Shown here: positions 51,701 to 64,000 of the stretch, piece after piece
How positions within the stretch are numbered: position 1 is the first letter of the stretch
How the letters are laid out: each line of letters opens with the position of its first letter
Source: Phyllobates terribilis
Taxonomy: Eukaryota
Assembly: GCF_046119375.1 (NCBI RefSeq)
Contig: NW_027362767.1
Coordinates: 39,494,001 to 39,558,000 of the forward strand
Reading direction: 5' to 3'
DNA length: 64,000 bases
Notes under the pieces: generated by a model
The model's database searches: none
Told to the model about the DNA's origin: nothing
Seen by the model: the letters and a program-made list of their open reading frames with translations, nothing else
Translations under genes and position numbers: made by a program

Positions 51701-54700
51701 CTGTGACCTCTGCCGCCAGAGTTTTCAGATGGTAACTTTTTCAATAATTCCACAAGGGCCTTCTGGTACTGCAACATTTTATTAGACCTCTCCGCCATGG
51801 GAAGGAGAGATAGAAAGTTCTCCTTGTAGCGTGGGTCTAGAAGTATGTCCAAAAAGTAATTACTGTCGGCCAAAATGTGTACAACGAGAGGGTCAAGGGA
51901 AAGGCGAAGGAACATAAAGTCAGCCATGTGTGCCAGACTGCTAACAGCCAAGTCTTCCCTGTTCTAACCAAGAGGACAACTGTCCATGCTCTCCTCCTCC
52001 TTATGCTCCTCCTAGTCCTCCTCTTCATTCTCCCTCTCTTCAGGCCATCCACATTGAACAGACGGTATGACAGTTGTGCAGGTAGTACCGTCTGTAGCGC
52101 AGGAAACCAGCTCCTGTTCCTCCTCCTCTTCCTCTTCCTCATTATCACCTAATCCGTGTTGGGATGAGATGAGGCTGGCTGTGTGTCATCACCCTGTATG
52201 GTTCCTTGCTCCATCTCATCGTGCTTCGCCTGCAATGCCTCCTCTTTAATTGTGAGCAGCGAGCATTTCAGTAGACAGAGAAGCGGGATGGTGACGCTAA
52301 TTATGACGTCATTGCCACTCACCATCTTGGTGGAGTCCTCAAAGTTTTGGAGGACTGCACTGATGTCTGACATCTATGCCCACTCATCAGCTCTTATGTG
52401 CAGAGGCTGATCTGAATAACAACGGGCGTGTTGAAGCTGGTACGCAACAACTCCCCTTTGCTGCTCACAAATCCTTCCTAACATCTGAAACGTTGAGTTC
52501 CAATTGCGTGGTGACATCGCACACCAGTTGGTGAGCTGGAAGCTGCAAACGCTGCTGAAGCACGGCGAGGACGGCGGAAGCTGTAGGTGACTTTTGAAAA
52601 TGGTCACACATGCGGCGTACTTTGACAAGCAGCACAGGCAGATCTGGGTAGGTTTTGAGAAACCGCTGAACCACTAAGTTTAGCACATGGGCCAGGCATG
52701 GTACGTGTGTGAGATTGCCTCGCTTCAGAGTTGCCACCAGGTTCTGGCCATTTTCACACATGACCATGCCTGGCTGTAGGTTCAGTGCTGACAGCCACAG
52801 ATCTGCCTGCTCTTTCAGAGCTGTCCACAACTCTTCAGAGGTGTGCGGTTTGTCCCATAAGCATATTTGCTTCAGCACAGCCTATTGCAGCTTGGCCGAG
52901 GCAGTGCTTCCAGCTTGTGACTGATGTGGTCATTTCGGAGATGGAGGCTGAAGAGGAGGAGTAGGTGCAGGAGCTGTAGAATGTGGTGTCAACCCTAATT
53001 GACCCAGGGCCCTCAATCCTCGGCGTCAGGAGGATGTGTTCCATCCCAGGGACCGACTGGGTCCTGGCTTCCACAATATTAACCCAGTGTGCCGTCAGTG
53101 AGATGTACCATCCCTGGCCACAAGCACTTGTCCATGTGTCCGTGGTTAGGTGGACCTTCCCAGTAACTGCGTTGTTGAGGGCTAATGTTCTGGGACTGGG
53201 ACACGTGCTTGGGACCGCACACCGCCGCCATCAGGTTGCGGAAAGATTCCGTCTCCACGAGCCTAAATGGCAACATTTCAAGTGCAAGCATTCGAGAAAT
53301 GTGTGAACTTAGTAGTGTGGCCTGTGGGGCATTGGCTGCGTATTTGCGCAAAGGACTGGGGTAGGGACAACTGAACGCTGTGATGGGAGAAGGACGTGGT
53401 TGCTGATGGGGATGGTTGCAAGTGTGCAACAACAGGTGCAGGGCTGGAGACATCTTCATCTGCACCATGGACAGAGGATTGGCGTGCACACACAACAGCG
53501 GAACAGGCAGTGGTGTCACCCGTTAGACACTGTTTCAGGACTCTGGTATTTGGCCCAACTACTCGGGTGCTTAGCTGCCATGTGCCTGATCATGCTGGTG
53601 GTGGTCAGGCTGGTAGTTTTGCTGCCCCTGCTGATGCTGGCCTGGCAGATGTTGTGAATGGCCCTTTTAGGGTTGTTTGAGCAGTCTTTAATAAACAGGC
53701 CAGACTTTGGAAGACATAACAGTTGGACTGGCAACTTCCCTCGTGTTGGTGTTCTGGGGAACAGTTGCCCGCCTTGTGTCTGTGGCCACCCCACTGCTTG
53801 TTCCTGTCTATTGTACCACTACGCCTCCCTCCCCCTGTGTGCTGCTGTCTCCGCTATTCATGTCACCTTGCCAGGTTGGGTCAATGACTTCATCGCCATG
53901 TACGGACTGGGCCTCCTCCTGACTTGATGGCAATTGTGTCTCACCATCATCATCCACCTCTTGCGGCAGTAATTGCACTTTCCCACCGTCGCCTTTGTGT
54001 GACCATGACTGCTCAAATATCTGGGTATCGCTACATGCAATCTCCTCTTGCCCCTCTTAAAGCAGGCTGGACGAGAGGCCCGAATCTATAAATGGAAAAG
54101 CAAACAGCTCTTCAAAGTGTCCAAGTGTGGGATCAGTTGTCTCCGGGCACTCGGCATGGTGGGAGGAAGGAGGATCAGGGTGAGGAATATGTGGTTCAGA
54201 CTCACGGCTCCTGAGACTTGACCGTGTGGAAGACAGGGTGGTGGTGACTAAGTGACTGGAAGCATTATCTGCTATCCAACCAATAACCTTTACTCACTGC
54301 TCTGGCTTCAATGGTGGTGTTCCTTGGCCCCCTACAAAGTGGGACAGGAAGTTGGGCGACATGTTGGGGTGCTTGTTGTGCTCCCTCAGCAGGCACAATT
54401 TCAGCTTGCCCACGGCCTCGGCCTCTGCGAGCACCATCATAATCACGTCCACTTCCCCGTCCCTTGCCACGCGCCTTGCCCATTTTAAATGGAGTATAAT
54501 ATTTGGCCCGCACCACAAAATGTTTGTATTATTATCGGAGTAATATGGGATCATGTGTGATGACCATGATTTTAGCCAGTGGCCTTGTAGTATAGTATTG
54601 GTCAGCGACTAAGTGTGAATTGGTTGAACAACACACAACTGGCAGACTTTAACTGGAGTGTAATATTTGGCACGCTCCACAAAATGTCTGTATCATTACC

Positions 54701-54780
54701 GCAGTAATATTGGATCACGTCTGATGATGGACAAGTTTCTCGTCTTCCACAATACAGCAATGAGAATAAAATTAAAAAAA
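48726..54780 (-). mobile_element. Decayed autonomous-type hAT transposon; right end not identified
   Basis: Left terminus TAGTGATGAGCGAG. Minus-strand transposase remnants from about 54483 to 51300: BED-finger-like segment (ICQASISRG...MIRHMAAKH), VHLTTDTW, CLAHVLNLVVQ, LLDPRYK and dimerisation-domain FFSAAGGIIT...LIKMN, with many stops and frameshifts. Confidence 0.85.
49257..50487 (+). mobile_element. Solo LTR (1231 bp)
   Basis: TGTAGCG...CGTTACA termini, exact 5-bp TSD CCTTA (49252-49256, 50488-50492) and a TATA-like TATATAAG near 49468. Internal ~99-bp and 45-bp tandem repeats. Strand inferred from the TATA box. Confidence 0.85.
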
Positions 54781-55447
54781 ACTGTGACTATGCGGGTCAT
54801 CATAGTGTGTTGGAATCATTGTGTGGGCATTATACTGTGTGTGGTGGCCTGAGGAGGGCATCATATTATGTTGGGGTCACTGTGGGGACATTATATTGTG
54901 TGTGGTGGGCTTTTGGCAGTATTATATTGTGTTGGTATGACTGTGGGGCATTATACTGTGTGTGGGAGTCATCTTACTGTGTTGAGATCACTGCAGAGGC
55001 ATTATACTGTGTGTGGTGGACTGTTGGGGGGCATTATACTCTATTGGGATAACTGTGGGGGGTCATTATAGTGTGTGTGGTGGACTGTGCGGGTCATCAT
55101 ACTGTGTTGGGATCATAGTGGTGGGCATTATACTGTGTGTGGGGGACTGTGGGAGACATTATACTGTGTGGGGGACTGTGGGAGGCATTATACTGTGTAT
55201 GGGAGACTGTGGGGTCATCATACTGTGTTGCGATCACTATGGGGCAATATACAGTGTATGGGGGACTGTGGAGGTCATCACACTGTGTTGCGATCAATGT
55301 GGGAACATTATACTGTTGGGGCATTATATTCTGTGTGGTGAACTGTGGAGGGGGCATTATACTGTTTTAGGGCACTTTGCTTGCATAATACTTTATGGAG
55401 GCCATGTAAGGGGAACTTTAATGCGTGGGAAACCTAAGGGGCTTCAA

Positions 55448-57110
55448 AGATGGGGCAGGATGGGAGATCATATGGGGCAGGATGGAGACAGATGGGGCTG
55501 GATGGGAGATTATATGGGGCAGGATGGGAGATCATATTGGGCAGGATCGTGGGATACATAGGGCAGGATCATGGAACACATGGGGCAGGATGATGGAACA
55601 CATGGGGCAGGATGATGGAACACATGGGGCAGGATCGTGGGACACATGGGGCAGGATCATGGAACACATAGGGCAGGATGCTGGAACACATGGGGCAGGA
55701 TCATGGAACACATGGGGCAGGATCGTGGGACACATAGGGCAGGATCAGGGAACACATGGGGCAGGATGATGGAACACATGGGGCAGGATCATGGGACACA
55801 TGGGGCAGGATGATGGAACACATGGGACGGGATCATGGGACACATAGGGCAGGATGATGGAACACATGGGGCAGGATCGTGGGACACATGGGGCAGGATC
55901 ATGGAACACATGGGGCAGGATGATGGAACACCTGGGGCAGGATGATGGGACACATGGGGCAGGATCATGGGACACATGGGGCAGGATGATGGAACACATG
56001 GGGCAGGATGATGGAACACATGGGGCAGGATCGTGGGACACATAGGGCAGGATCATGAACACATGGGGCATGATGATGGAACACATGGGGCAGGATGATG
56101 GAACACATGGGGCAGGATCATGGGACACATGGGGCAGGATGATGGAACACATGGGGCGGGATCATGGGACACATAGGGCAGGATGATGGAACACATGGGG
56201 CAGGATCGTGGGACACATAGGGCAGGATCAGGGAACACATGGGGCAGGATGATGGAACACATGGGGCAGGATGATGGAACACATGGGGCAGGATCATGGG
56301 ACACATGGGGCAGGATGATGGAACACATGGGGCAGGATCGTGGGACACATAGGGCAAGATCATGGGACACATGGGGCAGGATCATGGGACACATAGGGCA
56401 GGATGATGGAGCACATGGGGCAGGATCGTGGGACACATAAGGCAGGATCATGGAACACATGGGGCAGGATGATGGAACACATGGGGCAGGATCATGGAAC
56501 ACATGGGGCAAGATAATGGGACACATAGGGCAGGATGATGGAACACATGGGGCAGGATCGTGGGACACATAGGGCAGGATCATGGAACACATGGGGCAGG
56601 ATCATGGGACACATAGGGCAGAATCATGGGACACATGGGGCAGGATGATGGGACACATGGGGCAGGATCATGGAACACATGGGGCAAAATAATGGGGCAC
56701 ATGGGGCAGGATGATGGAACACATGGGGCAGGATGGTGGGACACATGGGGCAGGATGATGGAATACATGGGGCAGGATGATGGGACACATAGGGACACAT
56801 AGGGCAGGATCATGGGACACATGGGGCAGGATGATGGGACACATGGGGCAGGATCATGGAACACATGGGGCAAGATAATGGGGCACATGGGGCACGATAA
56901 TGGGACACATAGGGTGAGATAATGGAACACATGTGGCAGGATGTAGACAGATTGGGCAGCATGGAGGCAGATGGGGCAGGATGGGAGATCATATGGAGTA
57001 GGATGGGAGATCATATGGAGTAGGATGGGAGTACATATTGGAGTAGGATGGGAGATCATATGGGGCAGGATGGGAGATCATATGGGGCCACGATGGGAAA
57101 CCATATGGAT
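55448..57110. repeat. 22-bp minisatellite, duplicated partial copy
   Basis: Same units and order as 39682-41345. Confidence 0.93.
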
Positions 57111-57673
57111 GGGGCCAGGAATGAGACACAAGGGGGCCAGGATGGGGGATATTATTACTGTAGGGGCTAATTATGGATATTATTACTGCAGCAATGTATT
57201 TTATTTTTGAGGATACTGTTTTCAGTGAAGGGGGTCCTGTTATTGTGCAAGTTGGCACTATGTCGCTTTTTTTTTCTTCATCTGGTGTAGTGTAGAAGTT
57301 GAGGAGAAATTGGAGAATGTGCTCTAGATAATTGTGTTATTGTTTGCAGAGACGAGTCCTGGCTGGAAGAAGTGATGGCGGTCTGCACTGGATGAAGAAG
57401 AAAAGCGAAGATGAAGGACCTCAACTAGAGACGCCACTGGTGAGTCAGTGTGCTACCTGTACACTGACACTATACACTGTATACTATGTACAGAGCTCCT
57501 GTGTATAATGTCACTGGTGTTCACTTTATTACCTATACACTATATACAGAGCTACTGTGTATAGTGTCAATGGTGATCCCTGTATTACCTGTACACGGAC
57601 ACTATGTGCAGCAGATCTTCTGTGTATAAAGTCACTGGTCATAACTGTATTGCCTATAACCTGACACTATACA

Positions 57674-60522
57674 ATTGATTATACAATTCATTATGGAATT
57701 ACTGGAATTCACGTTAACTCATAATTTTTTTGTGTTCAATGGGTCCTTCTACCTACAGCTCCAGGGGACGGCCATGGGGGCGGCCTTTGCCCCCTCCTAT
57801 GCTAATCTCTTCCTGGGGCTGTGGGAGAGGGACCTCCCCCTGCCTGATCATGAGTCGTCGATGGGCCGTGTCCTCTTCTGGACGCGGTACATTGATGACA
57901 TCTTTTTGATCTGGCAGGGACCACGCATCCACCTTGATACATTTATGCAAGACCTCAACAAAAACATGTTGAACATACGCATTACATATGTATGTGATTC
58001 GGACAAAATTGAATTCCTAGATGTATGTCTGACAAGAGACAATGACAATGCCGTCCAAACTAATATCTTTAGGAAATTGACATCAACCAATACTCTTCTC
58101 CATGCTTCTTCTGCTCACCCGTCACACATGATTCAATCTGTTCCGGTGGGGCAGTTTCTGCGGCTTCGCAGAGTCTGCTCCACTGAACAAGATTTTGAGG
58201 TACAGTCATTAGAGTTGAGGGAACGCCTCTATGAACGTGGATACAGTCATAGAATGGTGAAAAGAGCCTATAATCGAGCTAAACATTCCTCTAGACAGGA
58301 TTTACTATATAAATCCCATGATAAGCAACAAAATGATATGGTGAGGTTTATCACAACATTCCATACTCAGATACCAGCAGTTAGAAATGCTCTTGCTAAA
58401 GCATGGCCGGTCCTGAGAGCGGATCCGGTATTAGCTAAATATGTTTCCGTGGAGCCTACAATTACATTTCGGCGTGCCAAAAATCTCCGTGACCATTTAG
58501 TCCATAGCCACTATGAGGGTGGTGCAATACACACATTTATGGACAAGGCAACAACTCGCCAAGGTTGCACACCATGTGGCCGATGTGTTGCTTGTCCCCA
58601 CGTAATTAGAAGCACCACATTTCTTGACTCTACAGGCAAGCGTTCTTTTGAGATTAAAAAATACATCACATGTACATCACGCAATGTGGTATACTATGCC
58701 ACATGCCCTTGTGGTCTTATTTACGTTGGGATGACCACACGTTGTTTAAAAACACGCATTAGAGAACATGTATTAGGGATATTGGCAGCTGCCGAACAAA
58801 ATGATATATCCATGCTAAAAACTATACCAAGACACTTTAAATCCTATCACGACTGTAATGCCAAATTATTAGAGGTAAGGGGGATAGATATGGTGGTTGC
58901 AGGGATACGGGGTGGCCCGGTGTCTAAGAGACTTGCTTGCATTGAGACAAGGTGGATTTGGACCCTGAGAACATTATACCCTGATGGTCTTAATGAGAGC
59001 AATAGTTTTGCCCCGTTTTTGTAATTTAGTCCAGTTGGTACATCATTGCACCCATGCGATTAATGCATGCAGTATATTTTTTATAGGTTGTCATGGTGTG
59101 ATATTAATTTTATTTCTTTCAGCAGGTTTAATATGTTTCTCTGCTCTGGTTGAACGTATGGTCATTTATGAATCCGCGGCACAACATCCTTTTTGGAACA
59201 AAGAATGAGAATTCCATCCAAGGAATATACTAAGGGATTTCCTTTGAGAAGATATGAATCATGAATAATATGATTATATACATGAGGGATTCTATTTGTA
59301 GTTCTACATTAATTTCTGGCTGTATAATCTTCATATAATGTATGATATATCCATCTATGGTGCTGACCCATCCTGGGAGATATTATTGGCTAGTATTGTC
59401 CTATGTGGGAAGTTTCTAGATACTTCTGTGGCTGCAATTTATTGCCCCATATACTATTATAGTGACCCAAATATATAAAAATTCTGCTCTGACTCGGCGA
59501 TATATTCTATCTAAGTTTCAATATGTGCTTTGACCAATATTATGTAAAATGGTTCATGAATCACCTACATGTATTTGGTTATGGTGGTGGTATATATATA
59601 TATACCAGGGATATTTGTGAATGCCATGTTGGCGATGAGAATGATGTATGTCCCACACGTATATATATATGTATTTGTCGCCGATATATCATTATGGATT
59701 TATGCACATATCAATGCACTGTTGATGGAATCTATCTTCTCTAAGGGCAAATGGTTGAGATGTCTCTTGTTATCTTGGATGTTCTCTTTATCGTTGTGGG
59801 GCCGTGATGCCGCTTACAGTTATATGCCATATATACCTGTGACTCAGTACGCAGGAGCATCACCGTCCTTACACGCCTGACTTCCTTTGGCATCCTTGGG
59901 TGGCCTTGTGCTGCCGCGATGCCGCCGGAGTCCGGTGTCCTAGTTACGGCGACGCATCCTGCGTCACTTCCGGTGAGTCGCGGTGCATTACTGGGTAGCA
60001 TCTTCCGTTCATATAGTAACACATACATATGATCCACCACTTCCGCTCGGGGCGTCTACGTTGCCCGGTTGGTTAGTATTTAAATGATCAGCAGCCGTAC
60101 CAGAGCAGTCCCCTTGAGGAAGGCAAAAGCGCCGAAACGCGCGTCGGGGATACACGCATTGTGCAGGTTGTGCGGGCTCTGCCCTTCCCACTGAGGTAAA
60201 TATGATTGATTACAATTGGATATGATGTGAGGGTAGGTGATAGGTTCACTTGAATAGGGGCATCTTGGATATATATAGATTGCTCTTTCTATATATCCAC
60301 ATATATCCTCTTTGCTATACAATGTTTTTTGTGCAATAGGAATTTGATAAAAGAGAAATCTGTACTTTGCGTGATACTTGCTTGTTTTTATATTTATGTA
60401 TGTATTTTTTGCATTTAATAGTCTCTCCAGACTCTCTGTGGCTATATGTTTAATAAAGATTGTTTCATATTTTCAATATAATAGGCTATATATCGTTGTT
60501 TTGTGCTTCGGCTCCCTCTTGA
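57674..60522 (+). mobile_element. 5'-truncated Penelope-like retroelement, copy 2
   Basis: ORF 57675-59024 differs from copy 1 by one residue that I can see (H to R in ATT(H/R)QG). Confidence 0.9.
60109..60149 (+). ncRNA. Minimal type I hammerhead ribozyme motif, copy 2
   Basis: Identical to 44343-44383. Confidence 0.75.
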
Positions 60523-61279
60523 ATACACTGTGTACTATGTACAGAGCTCCTGTGTATAATGGCACTTATGGTAATATTAGTATTGTGGTTTTTTTTATTA
60601 ATGATCAGTATTGTAGTATTCAGTGGTAATATGTGATCTGGTCATGGTGTGGCGGTTTCTATCCCCTGTATGTGGTATTATTCGGTCACTATGAGGTGGT
60701 AATATGTGGTCTGGTCATGGTGTCATCGTATTTGTCCCTTGTATGTGGTATTATTCAGTCACTATGTGGTCTAGTCATGGTGTGCCAGTATTTGTTCCTC
60801 GTATGTGGTATTATTCAGTCACTATGAGGTGGTAATATGTGGTCTAATCTTGGTGTGGTGGTATTTGTTCCTTCTATGTCGTATTATTCGGTCACTATGT
60901 GGGGTAATATGTGGTCTGCTTATGGTGTGGCAGTATTTTTTTTTTGTTTGCCTCCCTGTGCCCTATACATCTGTGAGAGCTATCAATCAGCTTGGTGAGT
61001 GCCCTGATTCACTTTTAACTCCGGTATCTCGGAACTACATGTAAGGGGTATTCTACTCCAGTTACCTGATTGTGACTATATGCTCTCCCTCTGATTCCAC
61101 CTTTCTTATGCTTTCTTTTTTTGCTTTATCCCCTTTTCTCTTTTCTCCCTCTTTTCTCCCTCTTTATTTCTTCCCTTGTGGACTTTATCTGCACACAGTG
61201 CAATTTGTAATACATCTTTACGAGGGGTTTTGAAGATGTTATGGGGGCTTTCTTCTCTTTGTGATCCAACATTCACCTA

Positions 61280-62902
<1,623 letters not shown>

Positions 62903-64000
62903 TATTGTCTCTATATTTATATATGTCTATACATTTTGTATTATCATTTTTGTACATTTTGTAATTGATTAATAAACTTTAACGTTTTTATGCCATCTAT
63001 ACTCATTTTCGCGTTTTTTCACCTTGCATATGGTACTATTTGGTCACTATGTGGTAGTAATATGTGATCTGGTCATGGTATGAAGGTATTTGTCCCTTGT
63101 ATGTGGTATTATTCGATCACTATATGCTCTGCTCATGGTGTGGCAGTATTTGTTCCTCATATGTGATGTGGTGGTATTTGCTCCTTATATGTGCTATTAT
63201 TCAGTCACTATGTGGTGGTAATATGTGGTCTGGTCATGGTGTCATCGTATTTGTCCCTTGTATGTGGTATTATTCAGTCACTATGTGGTCTAGTCATGGT
63301 GTGCCAGTATTTGTTCCTCGTATGTGGTATTATTCAGTCACTATGAGGTGGTAATATGTGGTCTAATCTTGGTGTGGTTGTATTTGTTCCTTCTATGTCG
63401 TATTATTCGGTCACTATGTGGGGTAATATGTGGTCTGCTCATGGTGTGGCAGTATTTTTTCCTTTGATGTGGTATTATTCGGTCACTATGTGGTGGAAAT
63501 ATGTAGTCCGGCCATGGTGTGGTGGTATTTGTTCCTTGTATGTGGTGGTAATATGTGGTCTTGTCATGGTGTGGCAGTATTTGTTCCTTGTACAAGGTAT
63601 TATTCAGTCACTATGTGGTGTTAATATGTGGTCCGGCCATGGTGTAATGGTATTTGTCTCTTATATGTGGTATTATTTGGTAACAATGTGGTGGTTTTGT
63701 GGTGTGGTCATGGTGTGGTGGCATTTGTCCCTTGTATGTGCTATTATTCGGTCACTATGTGGTAGTAATATGTGCTCTGGTCATGATGTGGCGATATTTG
63801 ATCCTTCTATGTGGTATTATTGGTCATTTTAAAAAATGTATGTGACACATTAATTTAAAGAAAAATAAATAAAAAAATACATAAAGTGTTGGATATTTTA
63901 AGAAATGTTTATTAGGTTAGAGTAGAGTAGGGCCCTGCCAAAAGAGTCTACCTTGTTGTGGTGGCAGCTTAAAAAATCTTTTGGCCAAAACAAAAACTGA

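Larger units (their letters stand above)
48580..55370. repeat. Degenerate ~30-bp repeat (CATTATACTGTGTGGGGGACTGTGGG) in blocks 48580-48720 and 54785-55370
   Basis: The same unit lies on both sides of the hAT transposase element, suggesting one array split by insertion. Confidence 0.7.

Noticed and set aside
54809-54816. GTTGGAAT as the right TSD of the hAT element starting at 48726 (left flank TTTGGAAT)
   Set aside because: It is not preceded by a matching TIR and is simply part of a unit of the flanking minisatellite.

Overview
Vertebrate genomic DNA, most likely from a frog (inferred from the repeat families). The left 36 kb holds a housekeeping cluster in the same order as human 14q32: TECPR2 (minus strand, coding exons 2-7, continuing past the left edge), CINP (plus strand, head-to-head with TECPR2), ZNF839 (minus strand, 8 coding exons, about 884 aa) and an intact tRNA-Ile(AAT). 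The introns contain a DD38E Tc1-like element, a three-level nest (Chapaev3-type DNA transposon > DIRS retroelement > TTAA MITE) and large minisatellites. From 36.9 kb onward the window is a stack of transposons. An 11.5-kb hAT-type element with TIRs and an exact 8-bp TSD encloses a 22-bp minisatellite, a 5'-truncated Penelope-like element with a hammerhead ribozyme and a Tc1 element. It is followed by a decayed hAT transposase carrying a solo LTR. Bases 39682-48234 recur almost identically at 55448-64000 (offset 15,766 bp). All calls were made by eye from the sequence and from recall of the families; no searches were run.
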